The position numbers were made by a program, and so were the translations under genes. Under the pieces are notes generated by a model, which saw only the letters and a program-made list of their open reading frames with translations, made no database searches and had not been told where the DNA came from. 64,000 nucleotides of DNA, taken from a candidate division TM6 bacterium GW2011_GWF2_32_72. Its GTDB lineage: Bacteria > Babelota > Babeliae > Babelales > CAIQNR01. The stretch's first letter is position 1, and each line of letters starts with the position of its first letter. The stretch spans positions 6,888 through 70,887 of the forward strand of contig CAMCVM010000001.1 of NCBI GenBank assembly GCA_945882015.1. Reading direction: 5' to 3'. Of the stretch, positions 55,915 through 64,000 are shown in pieces.

Positions 55915-57099
55915 TTATTCTTTAATTTCAATAACGATTCCAGAACCCACTGTTCTTCCACCCTCACGAATTGCAAAATGTAAATCTTTTTCCATTGCAA
56001 TCGGAGCGATTAATTCAACATTGATTTCAACGTCATCACCTGGCATAACCATTTCACGACCAGCATCTAATGTTACTACACCGGTAATGTCTGTTGTTCT
56101 GAAATAGAACTGAGGACGATATCCAGTAAAGAAAGCACTATGACGGCCACCTTCTGCTTTAGTTAATACGTATACTTTAGCTTTGAATTTTTTATGAGGA
56201 GTAATTGAACCAGGTTTAGCGACAACCATACCACGTTCAATATCTTTCTTTTCAACGCCACGAAGTAACAATCCAACGTTATCACCAGCTTGACCATCGT
56301 CCAATGTCTTTTTAAACATTTCAACGCCAGTAACTGTTGAGTTCATTTTTTTACCAAAACCAATGATTTCAACTGCATCACCTGTTTTGATTTTACCTCT
56401 TTCAATTCTTCCTGTTGCAACGGTACCACGACCTGAAATCGTAAATACACCTTCAACTGGCATCAAGAAAGATTTATCCACATCCCGTACTGGTAATGGA
56501 ATTGCTGTGTCTACTGCTTCCATCAATTTATTGATAGAATCAACCCATTTAGCATCGCCTTCTAATGCACGAAGTGCTGAACCTCTTACTACTGGAATGT
56601 TTGCGCCATCAAATTCATACTTAGTTAAAAGTTCACGAATTTCTTCTTCAACCATATCAACCATATCTACGTCATCAACCATGTCTACTTTGTTCAAGAA
56701 AACTACTAATTGAGGGACGCCAATGTTGTGTGCTAACAATATATGTTCACGAGTTTGAGGCATTGCACCATCAGCTGCTGAAACAACTAAAATTGCTCCA
56801 TCCATCTGTGCCGCACCGGTAATCATGTTTTTTACATAATCAGCGTGACCAGGACAGTCAACGTGTGCATAGTGACGATTTGCTGTTTCATACTCTACGT
56901 GAGAAGCAGAAATAGTAATACCACGTGCTTTTTCTTCTGGTGCGTTATCAATTTCGTCAAACGCTTTAAATGTAGCTCCACCTTTTTCTGAAAGAACTTT
57001 TGTAATCGCAGCGGTTAATGTTGTCTTACCATGATCAACGTGACCAATGGTACCAATATTAACGTGCGGCTTATTACGCTTAAAGATATCTTTTGCCAT
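55915..57099 (-). CDS. tuf: elongation factor Tu
   Basis: [33 protein letters not shown]; start at MAKD after AGGAG. Confidence 0.99.
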   Translation of the reverse strand: MAKDIFKRNKPHVNIGTIGHVDHGKTTLTAAITKVLSEKGGATFKAFDEIDNAPEEKARGITISASHVEYETANRHYAHVDCPGHADYVKNMITGAAQMDGAILVVSAADGAMPQTREHILLAHNIGVPQLVVFLNKVDMVDDVDMVDMVEEEIRELLTKYEFDGANIPVVRGSALRALEGDAKWVDSINKLMEAVDTAIPLPVRDVDKSFLMPVEGVFTISGRGTVATGRIERGKIKTGDAVEIIGFGKKMNSTVTGVEMFKKTLDDGQAGDNVGLLLRGVEKKDIERGMVVAKPGSITPHKKFKAKVYVLTKAEGGRHSAFFTGYRPQFYFRTTDITGVVTLDAGREMVMPGDDVEINVELIAPIAMEKDLHFAIREGGRTVGSGIVIEIKE

Positions 57100-57141
57100 A
57101 ATATTTACTCCTGAATTGCTACTGTATATCAACAATCACAA

Positions 57142-59211
57142 CTATTTTTTATCACCAACTAACGCTTCTTGGACATTTCTAGGAACTTCTCTGTAACAAC
57201 AAAATTCCATAGAATAACTCGCACGACCTTTTGTCATAGAACGTAATATTGTTGAATAACCACCCAACATTTCTCCAAGCGGAACTTCTGCACGAATTAT
57301 TTGCATTCCTGCTTTTTCTTCCATTCCCAAAATACGTCCTCGACGTGAGTTTAGATCACCCATGACATCACCCATATACTCATCTGGGCACTCAACTTCA
57401 ACACTCATCACAGGTTCAAGCAACGTAGGAGAAGCTTGTTTCATACCTGTTTTGAATGCCATATTAGCAGCAACTTTAAATGCTACTTCAGAAGAGTCAA
57501 CATCATGATACGAACCATCAAAAAGTTCAATCTTAAGATCAACTACTGGATAACCACCAAGTACCCCAGTAGTAACAGCTTCCTTTAAACCTTTTTCAAC
57601 TGCTGGAATAAATTCTCTTGGAATCGTACCGCCAACAACTTTATTTTCAAAAACGAAACCTTTGCCTCTTTCAAGTGGCTCCATTCGCAACCATACGTGT
57701 CCATATTGACCACGTCCACCTGATTGCTTAATGTACTTACCTTCAACTTCTATTGATTTCTCAATAGTTTCTTTGTAAGCAACTTGAGGCTTTCCTTGCT
57801 CTGCTTCAACTTTATGTTCACGCTTTAAACGATCAACTTGAATTTCAAGATGCAATTCACCCATACCAGCAATAACAGTCTGCGCAGTTTCTTCATTATA
57901 AATTAAATGGAATGAAGGATCTTCTTGAGTCATTTTACGTAAAGCTATAATCATTTTTTCATAATCAGCTTTATTTTTTGGCTCAATAGCAGAAGAAATT
58001 ACTGATACCGGAACGTCGATTTTTTCAAGCAATAATTCATGCTTTTCATCTGCAAGTGTATCACCTGTTCTGACATCTTTTAAACCAACAAACGCAGCAA
58101 TATCACCTGCTTGAACAAATTCAATTTCTTCTCGTTTATTTGCATGCATTCTAATTAAACGACTTACGCGTTCTTTGCTATCATTACTTACATTTTTAAT
58201 ATAAGAACCTGATGACAATTTACCAGAATACACACGAACGAAAGTTAATGTCCCAACAAATGGGTCAGTCATAATCTTAAATGCTAAACCTGAAAACGGT
58301 TCCGTAACATCTGCTTTTCGCTCAACCTCTTTATCAGTTCCAGGAATAATCCCTTTTATTGGAGGGACATCAAGCGGAGAAGGCAGATAATCTATAACCG
58401 CATCAAGCATCGGCTGAATACCTTTGTTCTTAAAGGCTGTCCCACAAAACGCAGGGAAAATTTCGCGCTTTAAAACACCTTTACGCAGTGCAAGTTTAAT
58501 TTCTTCTGTAGAAATTTCACCACCATCAAGATATCTGTCTGCAAGCTTGTCATCAAAATCACAAGCCGCTTCAATAATTTTTTCTCTGAGCTCTTTTATT
58601 TGATCTGCGTATTTTGGATCTGCATCTGTCCAATCAACAGCTGAACCTTTATCATCTGTATACACAACTTGCTTAGCAGTTAGAACATCAACAATACCGT
58701 TGTAATTTTCAGATTCTCCAATTGGAATCTGCATTGCTAAAGCTTTACCATTCAAACGCTCTCTAACGTGCTTTACCACTTTAAAGAAGTCTGCTCCAAC
58801 GCGATCCATTTTATTTACAAAAATAATTGAAGGAACGTTATAACGGGTTGCTTGTCGCCAAACTGTTTCAGATTGCGGCTGAACTCCAGCAACCCCACAA
58901 AATACAGATACCATTCCATCAAGCACTCGTAATGAACGCCCAACTTCAATGGTAAAATCTACGTGACCTGGAGTATCAATAATATTGACATGATACCCTT
59001 TCCACGAACAAGTAGTTGCTGCAGATTGAATAGTAATACCACGTTCTCTTTCTTGCTCCATCCAATCCATGGTTGCTTCACCTTCGTGAACTTCACCAAT
59101 CTTATGAGAAACACCTGTATAAAAGAGAATTCGCTCTGTTACTGTTGTTTTTCCAGCATCAATATGAGCTGCAATACCTATATTTCTAAATTTGTCTAAG
59201 CGATTGGTCAT
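57142..59211 (-). CDS. fusA: elongation factor G
   Basis: [38 protein letters not shown]. Confidence 0.99.
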   Translation of the reverse strand: MTNRLDKFRNIGIAAHIDAGKTTVTERILFYTGVSHKIGEVHEGEATMDWMEQERERGITIQSAATTCSWKGYHVNIIDTPGHVDFTIEVGRSLRVLDGMVSVFCGVAGVQPQSETVWRQATRYNVPSIIFVNKMDRVGADFFKVVKHVRERLNGKALAMQIPIGESENYNGIVDVLTAKQVVYTDDKGSAVDWTDADPKYADQIKELREKIIEAACDFDDKLADRYLDGGEISTEEIKLALRKGVLKREIFPAFCGTAFKNKGIQPMLDAVIDYLPSPLDVPPIKGIIPGTDKEVERKADVTEPFSGLAFKIMTDPFVGTLTFVRVYSGKLSSGSYIKNVSNDSKERVSRLIRMHANKREEIEFVQAGDIAAFVGLKDVRTGDTLADEKHELLLEKIDVPVSVISSAIEPKNKADYEKMIIALRKMTQEDPSFHLIYNEETAQTVIAGMGELHLEIQVDRLKREHKVEAEQGKPQVAYKETIEKSIEVEGKYIKQSGGRGQYGHVWLRMEPLERGKGFVFENKVVGGTIPREFIPAVEKGLKEAVTTGVLGGYPVVDLKIELFDGSYHDVDSSEVAFKVAANMAFKTGMKQASPTLLEPVMSVEVECPDEYMGDVMGDLNSRRGRILGMEEKAGMQIIRAEVPLGEMLGGYSTILRSMTKGRASYSMEFCCYREVPRNVQEALVGDKK

Positions 59212-59223
59212 GAGTTAGCTTCC

Positions 59224-59706
59224 TTACCACGCATAGTGCGAGAATGCACGGTTAGATTCTGCCATTTTATGAACATCGCCTCTTTTTTTAACCGCTGCTC
59301 CGCGTCCTTCGTGAGCATCTAAAATCTCATGAGCTAAACGGATTCCCATTGTTTTATCTGAACGGGAACGAGCAGCATCAATTAACCAACGCATTGCAAG
59401 TGCACGTGCGCGAACAGGTCTAACTTCTGCTGGAATTTGATAAACACTTCCACCAACTCGACGCGGTCTAACTTCAATAGTTGGAACAACGCGCTCAAAA
59501 GCTGCGTAGAAAGTTTCAAGTCCTTTTTCTTTATCACCTTTTTGTTTTTTGATGATAATATCAAGCGCATCATACATAATAGTTCTGGCAACATTCTTTT
59601 TGCCACATTTCATGATAACGTTGATAAACTTTTGAACAAGTTCAGAGTTGTAATGCATATCAACTCCGATGTCTCGCTTAAAATTAACTGATTTGCGCCT
59701 TGGCAT
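59224..59706 (-). CDS. rpsG: 30S ribosomal protein S7
   Basis: MPRR, RRVGGSVYQIP, MAESNRAFSHY. Confidence 0.98.
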   Translation of the reverse strand: MPRRKSVNFKRDIGVDMHYNSELVQKFINVIMKCGKKNVARTIMYDALDIIIKKQKGDKEKGLETFYAAFERVVPTIEVRPRRVGGSVYQIPAEVRPVRARALAMRWLIDAARSRSDKTMGIRLAHEILDAHEGRGAAVKKRGDVHKMAESNRAFSHYAW

Positions 59707-59724
59707 TTGCTAATTTCCCTTCTA

Positions 59725-60102
59725 CTACGAAGCTTTTGGACGTTTGGTACCATACCGTGAACGTGATTGTTTTCTATTTTCAACACCTGCTGAATCGAGA
59801 GCACCTCGAACAATGTGATACTTCACACCCGGAAGATCGGGAACTCTGCCACCACGAACAAGAACCACAGAGTGCTCTTGTAAATTATGTCCTTCACCTG
59901 GAATATAAGCAGTTACTTCAATTCCACTTGAAAGTTTCACACGCGCAACTTTACGCAATGCTGAGTTTGGTTTTTTTGGAGTTGTTGTAAATACACGAAC
60001 ACAAACCCCTCGCAGCTGAGGACACCCTTTAAGTGCAAGACTCTTTGATTTGTATTGAGGCTTTATTCTTCCAAGCCGACACAATTGATTAATCGTAGGC
60101 AT
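59725..60102 (-). CDS. rpsL: 30S ribosomal protein S12
   Basis: [28 protein letters not shown]. Confidence 0.99.
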   Translation of the reverse strand: MPTINQLCRLGRIKPQYKSKSLALKGCPQLRGVCVRVFTTTPKKPNSALRKVARVKLSSGIEVTAYIPGEGHNLQEHSVVLVRGGRVPDLPGVKYHIVRGALDSAGVENRKQSRSRYGTKRPKAS

Positions 60103-60279
60103 ATACCCTATTTCCTATAGTTTAAAATTTACGAGGAAAATCATCCTAAAGTCCTTTTGCCCAAACATATGTGCTATCTAACTTTTTTATCTGTACCAAA
60201 AGATGAAAATGCTGTTGGTAATCGAGATTTTATGAAGGACTTCAGATAGCTATTCTATCTTGTTTGTGATTTTTTTCAA
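60103..60279 (-). promoter_or_regulatory. str-operon promoter and structured 5' leader
   Basis: TTGAAA-16 nt-TAGAAT (60279-60252); long-range helix 60245-60235 with 60156-60146. Confidence 0.55.
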
Positions 60280-60558
60280 GCAAAAATTAGATATAACACT
60301 TAGTTGATGGTTTTTTAAAAAAAATCTTTACCATTTTATTTTAAATACTTTTCTATTTTTTTATAGTTATTTTTTTAATTTTAAGCTTACCCCAAAAAAC
60401 ATAGGCTTAAAATATGCTCAATCTTGCACAAAACATTTTAAATCCTTCTCTAGAACCTTATTTTAAAGCTTTTTTGGCTTAATAGACGCAAAGTACAATT
60501 ATTGTTAGAGTAATAAAGTGTCTTGAATAATAATTTTTTATCATTAGAAGGAATTTTT

Positions 60559-61644
60559 ATGGCGTTGCTAGAAATTATACATTTTTGTATGAAAAATTTC
60601 TTTCCTCTTATTATAGGCCTTTTTGGCGTTGGCTTTGTTATTGCTTTTCATGAATTTGGCCATTTTATCTTTGGAAAACTATTTGGGGTTTCTATTCCTA
60701 CCTTTTCTATTGGATTTGGCCCCCAGCTTATTAAGCAAAAAATAGGCTCAACATTGTTCTCACTTTCTTTAATTCCGATGGGTGGATATGTTGAAGCTGA
60801 AGTTGGCGATTATAGCAACCCAAAACCGGGCACTATTGCTGCCATAGCCTATTGGCAAAAGATGCTCATTATTATTGGTGGTATTGCTTGCAACTTCATT
60901 TTTGCTTATCTTGTCTTTGTTGGTCTTTCTATGACTGGCATTCCAAGCAATCCGTTTTTTGCCGGAGAAAATAAACATAGAATTGAAAAAATTGAAGCCG
61001 GTTCAAGCGCTGAAAAAGCTGGCATTCAACCTGGAGACAGAATTTTAAAGATTGCTGATGTTTCCTTAGAAACTGATCTTAAAAAATTACTTGATACCTT
61101 AAAAGGTCTTGCAAACACCGATACCGTTTTAACTATCGAACGCAATGGTGAAATTCTTGAAAAACCGATCACGATTGGTTCAAGAACAGTAAAAGATAAA
61201 GAAATTGGTTCTTTAGGCGTTCAATTTGGATTTGAGTCAACCCCAGCTGTCGGTTTTATGCAAGCATTGCAACAAGGTTTCACTATCACCAAAACGATTA
61301 CAATCAACACCATTGCTGGCTTTTCACGAGTTTTTGCACAGCGCTCAACCGATGGACTTGCTGGTCCACTCATGATGATTTCATTAAGCGTTCAAACTGC
61401 TGGTCACAGCACCGCATTGTTCTTTTTATTTCTTGCATTTATCAGCATCAGCCTTGGTGTGCTGAATTTAATTCCACTGCCAATTCTAGATGGTGGACAA
61501 GCAGTTACCTATACCCTTGAAGCACTACTTGGTCGTTCTTTGCATGAAAAAACACTTGAATACGTACATTACGCTTGTTGGATTGCAATGCTCTTGTTAT
61601 TTGCTTATCTGACATTTAAAGACGTTATTGCAATGTGGTTATAA
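60559..61644 (+). CDS. rseP: RIP metalloprotease RseP (M50 with PDZ)
   Basis: HEFGH, FSIGFGP, PMGGYV, PDZ (SAEKAGIQPGD), NLIPLPILDGG. Confidence 0.96.
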   Translation: MALLEIIHFCMKNFFPLIIGLFGVGFVIAFHEFGHFIFGKLFGVSIPTFSIGFGPQLIKQKIGSTLFSLSLIPMGGYVEAEVGDYSNPKPGTIAAIAYWQKMLIIIGGIACNFIFAYLVFVGLSMTGIPSNPFFAGENKHRIEKIEAGSSAEKAGIQPGDRILKIADVSLETDLKKLLDTLKGLANTDTVLTIERNGEILEKPITIGSRTVKDKEIGSLGVQFGFESTPAVGFMQALQQGFTITKTITINTIAGFSRVFAQRSTDGLAGPLMMISLSVQTAGHSTALFFLFLAFISISLGVLNLIPLPILDGGQAVTYTLEALLGRSLHEKTLEYVHYACWIAMLLLFAYLTFKDVIAMWL

Positions 61645-61649
61645 AAATT

Positions 61650-61674
61650 AAGCCCCGAGTTTCGGGGCTTTTTT
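61650..61674 (+). terminator. rseP terminator
   Basis: AAGCCCCGA-GTT-TCGGGGCTT followed by a T-run. Confidence 0.8.
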
Positions 61675-61696
61675 ATTACTTGATTATTTTTTACTC

Positions 61697-61729
61697 AAAA
61701 AAAGAGCCCCGAATTTCGGAGCTTTTTTT
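61697..61729 (-). terminator. rplM terminator
   Basis: Minus strand AGCTCCGAA-A-TTCGGGGCT then CTTTTTTT; the G-U pair only works on the minus strand. Confidence 0.8.
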
Positions 61730-61746
61730 AAAAAACTTAAATAAGT

Positions 61747-62175
61747 TTACTTTGTATTGACTTGTGCAATATGAGGATGTTCACTTCCTTCATATACTTT
61801 AAGTCTTCTTAAGGACTGCTCAGCAAGCCTATTGTCAGGCATCATTCTTTTAACAGCCATATGAATTAATTGTGTACAATCTTTGTCCATTACTTGTTGA
61901 GCTGTAATTTCTTTTTTTGTACCGATCCAACCTGAAACGCGTACATAAATTTTGTCTCTGAGCTTATTACCAGTCAAAACGATATCTTTTGCGTTGGTAA
62001 TAACTACATAGTCACCATTATCAGAGTGTCGAGCAAAGTCAACTTTATGCTTACCTGATAACAGCTCTGCTATTTGTGTTGCTAAACGACCTAATACTTG
62101 GCCTTTAGCGTCGATTACATGCCATTTATGGAAGCAATCTTCTTTACGTCGAAAAAAAACTTTATTCATATCCAT
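61747..62175 (-). CDS. rplM: 50S ribosomal protein L13
   Basis: WHVIDAKGQVLGRLA, GKHK, DNGDYVV, LKVYEGSEHPHIAQ. Confidence 0.98.
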   Translation of the reverse strand: MDMNKVFFRRKEDCFHKWHVIDAKGQVLGRLATQIAELLSGKHKVDFARHSDNGDYVVITNAKDIVLTGNKLRDKIYVRVSGWIGTKKEITAQQVMDKDCTQLIHMAVKRMMPDNRLAEQSLRRLKVYEGSEHPHIAQVNTK

Positions 62176-62245
62176 GGATAGATTCCCCGAATTTTAAGAT
62201 AATAGTAAACCAAATAATAAACGAAAAACACGCTTTGGTCAAATA

Positions 62246-63574
62246 TCAATGCTCATTAGGACCAGTTTTATAAAAATCATTGTTATCGGTAAAACAAGCA
62301 TCTTGCATAAAGCGTTCAACCTCTGATGCTTTTTTAGGAACTTCTTCTGTTAAACAGATAGCTCCATCTTTTACAATCCAATAAACATCTTCAATACGAA
62401 CACCAAGCTCTTTATCTTTTAAATAGATTCCTGGCTCAATGGTAATAATGTCCCCAACTGCCAATGGCTCGTTGTAGTCACCCACATCATGCACATCAAG
62501 GCCTACAAAATGCCCTACACCGTGAGGAAAAACTTTTTCAACCTCATAACCGCGTTGCTTTAAAAAATCATGTGCTAAGGTATTTAAACATTTGTCTGGA
62601 TGTTTTTTATTACACAAAAACATCCCTGGTGCGGCAAGTTGTGCAATATAGGTCTGACAATCAAGTACATCTTGATACACTTTTTTTTGCGCTTCTGAAA
62701 ATTTTCCTGAAACTGGATAGGTTCGTGTAACATCTGAACAATAATGATGCGCAGAAGCCCCAATATCAACTACGACTAACCCCTTATCAGGTAACTTTGC
62801 ATTGTTATCAACATAATGCAAGATAGTACTGTTAACGCCAGAACCAACAATGCTTGCAAATGCTGGTCGCGCACCACTTTCTGTATAAATGTATTCAATT
62901 GCCGCTTGTACATCAGCTTCATATACTCCAGATTTAATCACTCCAGCAGCAGCTTGATGTGCCATTGCAGTAATTTCAGCTGCATTATACAAATATTCCA
63001 ATTCTGCTTGGCTTTTTGTTCTACGTAGTTGTGCAATCAATGGTGAAATATCAATTGTTTGCTCTTTTAAACCAGGAACATATTCAAACAGTTGCCGCAT
63101 AACTAATAAACATTCTGTTGAAATATCTTGTAATGGAGCGAACAAAAATTGTTCATCTTGGCATAACTGTGTTAATCGTTCAATGAGCGTTTCAAGGGAT
63201 GCAGGCGTATAAAACGGGCCAGTTGAATAACCCATAATTGGTTTTCCCAATAGTTCCACTTGCTCAATTGCCAAAGAAGCTAATGATTCCTCATCAAACG
63301 TAACCGGTAACCATGCAGTTCTGTCGATAGCATAATTGGGTAAAAATAGACTATTGGTGCCTTGCAAAGGCTGGTAAAACATTGCAGCAGCTTCTTGCAA
63401 TCCTAAAAAGTAATGAAACGTACTGTCTTGATAAAATTGTTCCCGCTCACGCTCATACCCTGCACATAATAAAAAAGCACCAGTCTTGTCTGGATGCGTT
63501 GATTGTATTAAATCAACTAAAGCTTTTCTGCGTTCAACTCGCTCTCCAGCTTCGTTTAAAAGCATTACGTCCAT
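62246..63574 (-). CDS. pepP: Xaa-Pro aminopeptidase (M24B)
   Basis: FYQDSTFHY, ILHY, VDIGA, SDVTRTYP, HGVGHFVGLDVHD, TIEPGIY, GVRIED. Confidence 0.95.
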   Translation of the reverse strand: MDVMLLNEAGERVERRKALVDLIQSTHPDKTGAFLLCAGYEREREQFYQDSTFHYFLGLQEAAAMFYQPLQGTNSLFLPNYAIDRTAWLPVTFDEESLASLAIEQVELLGKPIMGYSTGPFYTPASLETLIERLTQLCQDEQFLFAPLQDISTECLLVMRQLFEYVPGLKEQTIDISPLIAQLRRTKSQAELEYLYNAAEITAMAHQAAAGVIKSGVYEADVQAAIEYIYTESGARPAFASIVGSGVNSTILHYVDNNAKLPDKGLVVVDIGASAHHYCSDVTRTYPVSGKFSEAQKKVYQDVLDCQTYIAQLAAPGMFLCNKKHPDKCLNTLAHDFLKQRGYEVEKVFPHGVGHFVGLDVHDVGDYNEPLAVGDIITIEPGIYLKDKELGVRIEDVYWIVKDGAICLTEEVPKKASEVERFMQDACFTDNNDFYKTGPNEH

Positions 63575-63585
63575 TGTTATTCCTT

Positions 63586-64000
63586 TTAAAATGGCCTTCT
63601 TTCAGAAAGCGCCTTATAAACTGTTAATTTATCCATCATTTCAAGCTGTGAGCCGACTGGAATTCCACGAGCTAAGCATGAAATTTTCAAACTACTGTCT
63701 TTTAATTTACGTGCAATAAAAGCAGCGGTTGCTTCACCTTCTGGCGTTTGATTCATTGCTAAAATAAGTTCTTTACACTCGTTTTTTTGCTCAAGCCGTT
63801 GTAATAAAAGTTTAATTGAAATATCATCTGCACCGATTCCTTCAAGGGGACAAATCGCTCCACCTAAAACATGGTAAAGTCCTTTGTAGCCTTCAGTTTT
63901 TTCGATTGCTATCAGTTCTTGCCAAGTTTCAACCACGCAAATAATTGTATGATCGCGTTTTGCATCATCACAAAAAACACATGGCTGGTTCCTCTCTTTC
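63586..64000 (-). CDS. recR: recombination mediator RecR, 5' end outside window
   Basis: CVFCDDAKRD...ICVVE, YKGLYHVLGG, EGEATA, LARGIPVG. Confidence 0.96.
   Translation of the reverse strand, partial: KERNQPCVFCDDAKRDHTIICVVETWQELIAIEKTEGYKGLYHVLGGAICPLEGIGADDISIKLLLQRLEQKNECKELILAMNQTPEGEATAAFIARKLKDSSLKISCLARGIPVGSQLEMMDKLTVYKALSERRPF

Noticed and set aside
1-64000. Alternative genetic code, CRISPR array, IS element, rRNA
   Set aside because: Conserved genes end properly at TGA/TAA/TAG with full lengths under code 11; no regularly spaced repeats, transposase or rRNA-like sequence seen

Overview
AT-rich bacterial chromosomal window, standard genetic code, most genes on the minus strand. 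Gene content and divergence (reduced housekeeping operons, archaeal-type ATP-dependent DNA ligase, many orphan signal-peptide proteins) are most consistent with Candidatus Dependentiae (Babeliae/TM6), intracellular parasites of protists; this assignment is inference. The right third (40.7-60.1 kb) is the str-S10-spc-alpha ribosomal supercluster, without rpmD/uL30, followed by rseP, rplM (no rpsI), pepP and a truncated recR. The left two thirds mix housekeeping genes (dus, gatCA, ligase, pgsA, secD, hemW, serS, HU, tatD, putP, rnhA, gap, nfo, sbcC) and three tRNAs (Met, Leu-GAG, Ile2) with singly inserted Sec-signal orphan genes. Several orphans carry eukaryote-type features: a cryptic N-myristoylation motif directly after the predicted signal-peptidase site, a canonical C2H2 zinc finger with a Pro/Gln-rich region, an apolipoprotein-like repeat protein, and two small peptides with duplicated leaders. 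Together they suggest a Sec-exported host-directed effector repertoire. Other points: an uncalled 52-aa Cren7-like zinc-ribbon gene, two PAP2 phosphatases ending in an outer-membrane-type beta-signal, a structured rpsL leader, an S12 K87P-equivalent substitution, and G27-A43 mismatches in both CAU tRNAs. No CRISPR, IS element, prophage or rRNA was seen.
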